Source: an uncultured bacterium (lineage in GTDB: Bacteria > Macinerneyibacteriota > Macinerneyibacteria > Macinerneyibacteriales > CAYRFE01). From it: a stretch of DNA of 64,000 nucleotides. The notes below the pieces were generated by a model. It was not told the DNA's origin. It searched no databases and worked only from the letters and a program-made list of their open reading frames with translations. Location: positions 37,333-101,332 of the forward strand of contig CAYRFE010000008.1 in assembly GCA_964423645.1 (NCBI GenBank). The letters are read 5' to 3'. Below, piece by piece: positions 58,749-64,000 of the stretch (positions are counted from its first letter, which is position 1; each line of letters starts with the position of its first letter). The position numbers and the translations under genes are program-made.

Positions 58749-59688
58749 TAAGGTACGTGAACCTCCGCATCATCGTATTTTCTTCAGGAAGAAGATATTT
58801 CGCAGGATTATCGGGTTGTCCGTTTCGTATTACTTCATAATGCAAGTGAACTCCGGTTGATTTACCCGTACTACCCATATATCCTATTGTTTGCCCCTTT
58901 TTGACGTTTATTCCGGCTTTGATCTTGGGGTGTATTTTTTCCAAATGACCGTACCGTGTCTCATATCCGTATCCATGCTCGATCACAATCATGATACCAT
59001 ACACGCTTCTTGCTCCGGCAAATGCGACAAAACCATTCGCGGTCGCAACGATCGGAGTTTCTGGAAGATTGGAAATATCCAATCCGGTATGATACTCCTG
59101 CCCGCTGCCGAACGGCGATTCTCTCCACCCGAATCCCGAGGATACCCATCCCTCGGCAGGCCAAATAGTAGGTACTCGTTCCCATTTTTTCACATTTTGA
59201 TCCATGACCTCGTACACTTTATTGAAGCTTGAATTAAGTGAGTTCATCTTCAGTTCGATTTGAGAGAACAACACATCCATGTCACCCGTAATTTCTTCTT
59301 CGTTTGTTTTTTTGATCGTCTCTGCATCATCAAGAGAAAAACCACCGACATTCAATCCCTTTACCGTAGTAAATACGGGGGGCAGCGCATTCAACATCAG
59401 CACATTATCGCATAACTCCTCGAGTTTTAAAAAACCGGCATCATATTTTACAATTTTTTCCTTCAATACCGCATAATGAATTTTAAGATACTCATTCCTT
59501 TTTGTAAGGACAATATTTTCCGTTTTTAAATATGCCGTATGTGCAAAAGAGAAAAAATTGATGAGTGCGCCGGCAAAAACAAAAAGAAAGGCTGCGATGA
59601 TACCGATTGCAGTTAAGGCGTTCATGTTGAACTCGATATAACGTCGGTTTCCCGGTAAGGTAATTTTACATTTTACGTTTTTACGCAT
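58741..59688 (-). CDS. M23 family metallopeptidase (TM plus coiled coil)
   Basis: HTGLD, YGHL, HLHYEV. Confidence 0.93.
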   Translation of the reverse strand: MRKNVKCKITLPGNRRYIEFNMNALTAIGIIAAFLFVFAGALINFFSFAHTAYLKTENIVLTKRNEYLKIHYAVLKEKIVKYDAGFLKLEELCDNVLMLNALPPVFTTVKGLNVGGFSLDDAETIKKTNEEEITGDMDVLFSQIELKMNSLNSSFNKVYEVMDQNVKKWERVPTIWPAEGWVSSGFGWRESPFGSGQEYHTGLDISNLPETPIVATANGFVAFAGARSVYGIMIVIEHGYGYETRYGHLEKIHPKIKAGINVKKGQTIGYMGSTGKSTGVHLHYEVIRNGQPDNPAKYLLPEENTMMRRFTYLNE

Positions 59689-59698
59689 CCTCCACCTC

Positions 59699-60361
59699 CT
59701 ATTTGTGTTGCACGGAATAATTATCCATGATCACAATGCCGCCATCCGAGTCAGTATATACTTTAAGATAAGGGAACGGATCGTCAACTACTCCTCCGTC
59801 TTTTTCGTATAAATATAACACTTTTTTTACATACTCCATTGTTTCACGATAGGGAGGGATCCCGTTGAATCGTGTGACCGCCTCCGGTCCTGCATTATAT
59901 GCTGCCAAGGCAAGCGAATAATTATTATTATATAATCGCAAAAGCTGTTTGAAATATCGCACGCCTCCGGTAACATTTTCCTCAGGATCAAACGGATTTT
60001 TCACACCAAGTGATGCCGCCGTCGAAGGCATCAATTGCATGAGTCCCATCGCACCGACACGAGAAATTGCAAACGGGAAAAACCGAGATTCGACGGTAAT
60101 GATCGCTTTAATCATTTTTACATCAACATTTTCACGGGTGCATACGCGGTGAATAACACTCATGACATCATCAGATTTTTCCGCTGACAATATGATTTTG
60201 GTATCTTTTGGTTTTTTTTCATCGGTACTTTTAATAAAAACACTACTCGTCACGTTCGAGTGTAAAACAGTACTGTCATCTTTTTTTTGAATAATGAACT
60301 CAGCACGCGCAACTGCCGTAAAACAGATCACGCATGTGAGAAAAAATATGGTTCGCGCCAT
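59699..60361 (-). CDS. Lytic transglycosylase (SLT domain)
   Basis: AIITVES, SRVGAMGLMQLMP.TA, ALAAYNAG, ET..YV.KV. Confidence 0.94.
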   Translation of the reverse strand: MARTIFFLTCVICFTAVARAEFIIQKKDDSTVLHSNVTSSVFIKSTDEKKPKDTKIILSAEKSDDVMSVIHRVCTRENVDVKMIKAIITVESRFFPFAISRVGAMGLMQLMPSTAASLGVKNPFDPEENVTGGVRYFKQLLRLYNNNYSLALAAYNAGPEAVTRFNGIPPYRETMEYVKKVLYLYEKDGGVVDDPFPYLKVYTDSDGGIVIMDNYSVQHK

Positions 60362-60376
60362 TATCGCCCCGATTCC

Positions 60377-62170
60377 TCAGGGATTCCCGGTGTGAAGCTT
60401 TTTAAGATCTGTCTCGAATACCCTGACAAGACCTTTCATATCAGCCACAACCAACTCGGAACCGACAAAAAACGGAGTTGCATATATCTTATCACTCATT
60501 TGAGCTTTCCAAAGAATTGTGCCGTTCGACGCATCAAGTGCATAGACATACGTATCATAACTTGCAATATATGCGACACCATCAGCAACTATGACACCGC
60601 TCATGACCTCGGCATTCGCTTTAAACGTCCAGCGCACTGCACCGTTTTTCGCATCAAGCACATGCACAGTACCGTCATCACACCCGAAATATACCGATGC
60701 ATCATCCGCAGTGATCTTTCCGTTGATCCCTTTCGGCGCTACAAACGACCATAATTCATTTCCCGTGGCTGAATCCAATGCCACGAGCGACCCGTTCGAT
60801 GTGCCTGCAAACACGGTCGTGCCGGAAACTGCAGATGTCGCATACACCGAACTGCGGAATTGTTTACGCCATATAATCTTTCCCGTCAAACTATCGATCG
60901 CATATAATGATTTATCGAGAGACCCTGCGAAAAGAGTCGTACCGGATAACACCGGCGTTCCCCAAATCACACCTTTTGTCGGCACACGCCACGCCTGTTC
61001 TCCGGTATCTTTATTGAATGCATAAATATAACTGTCTGTGGAACCGGTGAATACCAGGGTATCATTCATCACCGAGCCGGCGACAATCTTTTTCCCGGTT
61101 TTACCGCGCCAGATAATCGAGCCGTCAAGAAGCGAAAGTTTGTATTCAATCCCTTTATACGTCCCGATATACACACCGGTCAGATCAACGGCAGGGGTTC
61201 CACCCATTTCATATGCCATGTCGGCAGTCCAAACTTCTTCATGTGTCAGCATATTGATCGCACGTACTTTTGAATCTTTTGCGGCAACATAAAGCACGCC
61301 GTTGAATACAATAGGCGAAGATGTAATACTTGCGTAGGTCTTTTCCCATGATGTGCGAGGATTCAACGGTAATTTGCCTTCTAATTTTTTGATATATTCA
61401 CTATTTTTGCTTTTTTGCACAATTGGATCGTTCACCGGTTTCTTGGTCGGGTCATCCGGCAAGGGGATACCCGGATCGGCGAACAACAAACGGTAGATAC
61501 CGTACACGATCGCAGCGATAACCGCTAAAACCAAACCCATACGCACCAATGCAATCCCTGAAGATTTTTGCGTTGCATTCACTCGTACAGCCATAACCAT
61601 CACCTTATCATCGTTTGTACGCTCAAGTGTTTTTTTGAGCAATTCCTGTGCCGCCACACTCTCTTCGTATTCGCATAATATATCGGTTAATTCTCGTACA
61701 TCAAGTGCCTCGGGCACTTCGCGAGAACAAAAGACCAGTCTATCGCCGCCCATAACGGGATATTCTCCAAACACCACATCCCCGTCACCCTCAGTGACCG
61801 CAGTGTCAGGATCATTGAGATAACGAAGTTCTTCCTTGCGCATCAACAAGACGGACATATCCGTGTGCATCGCAAAATACAACATCCGATTATGCGCAAC
61901 GGCAAGAATAAAACCTCCGAGAAGATTCCCGTCAACAATAGCTTTTTTAAGTGCCATACGCGGCTTGAGTGTCTCGGCGTTCTCATAGTAGATATCAAGC
62001 ACATCGTTGATATTGTTGCCGTCTTCGGCGACGGTTTGTGTGACACCGAAAAGATGTCCGCATGTTTTGACTTCATGAGATTTCCGCGCCGGAAGATACC
62101 AGAAATGCTTTCTTCCGATATCCTCTTTAAAACACGACGCTTCACCGATAGTAAAAGGTATTTGCGGCAT
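60377..62170 (-). CDS. Degenerate PP2C-like domain, TM helix and PQQ-like beta-propeller
   Basis: GDRLVFCSRE...DDKVMVMAV PP2C-like C-terminal half; TM GLVLAVIAAIVYGIY; about 8 PQQ repeats (A.D..TG...W.F). Confidence 0.8.
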   Translation of the reverse strand: MPQIPFTIGEASCFKEDIGRKHFWYLPARKSHEVKTCGHLFGVTQTVAEDGNNINDVLDIYYENAETLKPRMALKKAIVDGNLLGGFILAVAHNRMLYFAMHTDMSVLLMRKEELRYLNDPDTAVTEGDGDVVFGEYPVMGGDRLVFCSREVPEALDVRELTDILCEYEESVAAQELLKKTLERTNDDKVMVMAVRVNATQKSSGIALVRMGLVLAVIAAIVYGIYRLLFADPGIPLPDDPTKKPVNDPIVQKSKNSEYIKKLEGKLPLNPRTSWEKTYASITSSPIVFNGVLYVAAKDSKVRAINMLTHEEVWTADMAYEMGGTPAVDLTGVYIGTYKGIEYKLSLLDGSIIWRGKTGKKIVAGSVMNDTLVFTGSTDSYIYAFNKDTGEQAWRVPTKGVIWGTPVLSGTTLFAGSLDKSLYAIDSLTGKIIWRKQFRSSVYATSAVSGTTVFAGTSNGSLVALDSATGNELWSFVAPKGINGKITADDASVYFGCDDGTVHVLDAKNGAVRWTFKANAEVMSGVIVADGVAYIASYDTYVYALDASNGTILWKAQMSDKIYATPFFVGSELVVADMKGLVRVFETDLKKLHTGNP

Positions 62171-62301
62171 GGTACCTCCCATTTTCCTGCCGATAAGTAT
62201 ACCTTCGTCTGACCATTTTGCAAGTATTATTTCACCTAAACGCTTTATTCACGCAAAATTAGCCGATTAATCATGCACATACACCACGCTCGAGCACAGT
62301 A

Positions 62302-62330
62302 TTGCGAAGTATGCGCCGCTGTGCTATACT
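62302..62330 (+). promoter_or_regulatory. Putative promoter TTGCGA-N17-TATACT (extended -10), 10 nt before ATG 62341
   Basis: Direct reading; no SD. Confidence 0.6.
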
Positions 62331-62340
62331 CATCTTTCCT

Positions 62341-63426
62341 ATGATGAATTATATTTATATCGGATGCTTATTTTATGCATGCATATGGTTATTCACGCTT
62401 GCCGGGTTGATCATACCGTATAGAAAAAACGACTGCACCTCATTTCCCTCGGTCACGATACTTATCGTGGCACGAAATGAAGCATTGCGATTGCCCCTTA
62501 CGCTTGCCTCGTTACAGACACTCGATCTTACCGGTATACGCGCAGAATTTATTTTCGTGAATGATTGTTCTACCGATGACACTCTCACATGCATGCAACA
62601 ATTTACCTCGACGTTTCCCGTGCACATACTCACTATTGACACAAAAAACCCTCTCTTGCCCGGGAAGAAAGACGGAATAACCCGTGCTGTCGCAGTTGCT
62701 CACGGCGAAATAATCATCATGACCGATGCAGACAGTGTGCCGCAACCCCGGTGGGTGCAGGCAATGCTCCGCCATTTTACGCCGAGTACCGTCATGCTTC
62801 TCGGACATGTTCGCTATGCGGTGACCGGAATTCATTCTTTTTTTGCAAATATTGAAGCATTATGCGGTTCGATATTTACGTTTTCATGGGCTCGCTTCAA
62901 CAACGCCCCTTATTGTCGCGGGGCAAATCTTGCATTTCGGAAAGACACATTTATTCGCGCAAAAGGCTATGAGGGAATGCCGCCGATCGCATCGGGAGAT
63001 GATATGTTCCTACTGCAAAAACTACGTCACTACGGACAATGTCGTCCGGTTTTTGATCAACGAACTTTTGTGAGTACCTCACTGCATACACACGTATCGG
63101 ATCACATTGAACAGCAAAAACGAAAATACGCCAAAAATTTCCGCTATGAACCGCTTCACCAGATTTTATTTGTGGGCGGTTTATTGTTTCACTTTCTCCT
63201 CTTTACGGGACTTTTTACCAATACCGTTCACGTACTTCATGTGATCGCCATAAAAACGGCATGTGAGTATATGATTTTTTGTATCGGTGCTTCCCGACTC
63301 GGTGCATGGAACTATCTGCCGTGGTTCCCGTTTTTTATTTTGGTCTATCCGTTTGAAGTCATTATTTTTAGCCTTTGGGGCGCAATAAAAGGATATCGGT
63401 GGAAAAGTGACAAAAAAATCCGCTAA
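62341..63426 (+). CDS. Glycosyltransferase family 2
   Basis: ARNE, NDCSTD, GKK, TDADS, GANLAF, SGDDMFL, QQKRKY. Confidence 0.92.
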   Translation: MMNYIYIGCLFYACIWLFTLAGLIIPYRKNDCTSFPSVTILIVARNEALRLPLTLASLQTLDLTGIRAEFIFVNDCSTDDTLTCMQQFTSTFPVHILTIDTKNPLLPGKKDGITRAVAVAHGEIIIMTDADSVPQPRWVQAMLRHFTPSTVMLLGHVRYAVTGIHSFFANIEALCGSIFTFSWARFNNAPYCRGANLAFRKDTFIRAKGYEGMPPIASGDDMFLLQKLRHYGQCRPVFDQRTFVSTSLHTHVSDHIEQQKRKYAKNFRYEPLHQILFVGGLLFHFLLFTGLFTNTVHVLHVIAIKTACEYMIFCIGASRLGAWNYLPWFPFFILVYPFEVIIFSLWGAIKGYRWKSDKKIR

Positions 63427-64000
63427 ACCGCTCATCACACTATTCAAAACACTGCTTATAGGGGGAGTTGTTTATATCATCGCCACAAAGATCAACGGAA
63501 AAGATATTCTGCATGCTTTTTCAACGATCGATCCGTTATGCGGATGGTCCGCATTCGGGCTTGCGCTCATGGTCATGGCAATCAATCTTATAAAATGGGA
63601 TTATATAGTCCGTGCATTTGCACAAGGCGAACGGAAACACATCATTGCATCCTTTTACGCCGGTTACTCTCTTGCACTGGTCACACCCGGAGGGGTGGGA
63701 GAATTGGGACGATGTTTATTCCTGCCGCATATTCACCGTAATACCGGTATAACCCTTACGATAATCGACAAACTCTTCAATCTGTTACTTATGATCATTT
63801 TCGGCTCGATCGCGTTCACACTTATCCCTTCACGATTACCTGCAGGAATTATTTTATTCAGCGGCTTGTTTGCAGGAATCATCATCGCCTGTATGCTGTT
63901 CTACATTGCCGCCCCCCGTTCACTCTATGCACTTGCGGTGCGATTCCCACGGTTACGCAAAGGTCATGCAAAACACTATATATCCGTACTGCGAAAAACA
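63407..64000 (+). CDS. Lysylphosphatidylglycerol synthase TM-region/flippase-like membrane protein (partial)
   Basis: Manual translation from GTG 63407: ...INLIKWDYIV...FYAGYSLALVTPGGVGELGR...IIDKLFNL. Confidence 0.8.
   Translation, partial: MTKKSAKPLITLFKTLLIGGVVYIIATKINGKDILHAFSTIDPLCGWSAFGLALMVMAINLIKWDYIVRAFAQGERKHIIASFYAGYSLALVTPGGVGELGRCLFLPHIHRNTGITLTIIDKLFNLLLMIIFGSIAFTLIPSRLPAGIILFSGLFAGIIIACMLFYIAAPRSLYALAVRFPRLRKGHAKHYISVLRKT

Overview
A bacterial chromosomal segment (roughly 40% GC, judged by eye) from a diderm, probably motile organism. An FCB/PVC-style SecA insert, PorT-like beta-barrels, an ExbB-ExbD-ExbD-TonB set and the rplM-rpsI-rpsB-tsf fusion suggest an FCB-related candidate lineage (inference). 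Housekeeping blocks: recA-recX-(insert)-alaS; rplM-rpsI-rpsB-tsf-pyrH-frr-uppS-cdsA; a secA/pgeF/bioY/cobO operon; an aminotransferase-TPR-nadE-nfeD-SPFH operon. Accessory content: a tandem array of three paralogous outer-membrane beta-barrels with a ~250-bp direct repeat and mosaic sequence; a two-permease RND/TolC cluster led by a beta-propeller lipoprotein; an orphan signal-peptide-less NrtA/NasS-like binding protein; a membrane-anchored SpoVG-like gene co-transcribed with cheY and fliG; a pseudo-PP2C/TM/PQQ-propeller protein heading a peptidoglycan-remodelling cluster; an RssB/RssC-like pair. Intergenic DNA holds a ~200-bp MITE family (at least 5 copies plus a fragment) with modular GTAG-REP-like hairpin cargo, a dRS3-like repeat with a nested REP, and an IS200/IS605-like remnant. 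Several genes look leaderless. No rRNA, tRNA, CRISPR array, transposase or integrase was seen. All calls come from motif recognition by eye; no database searches were run.
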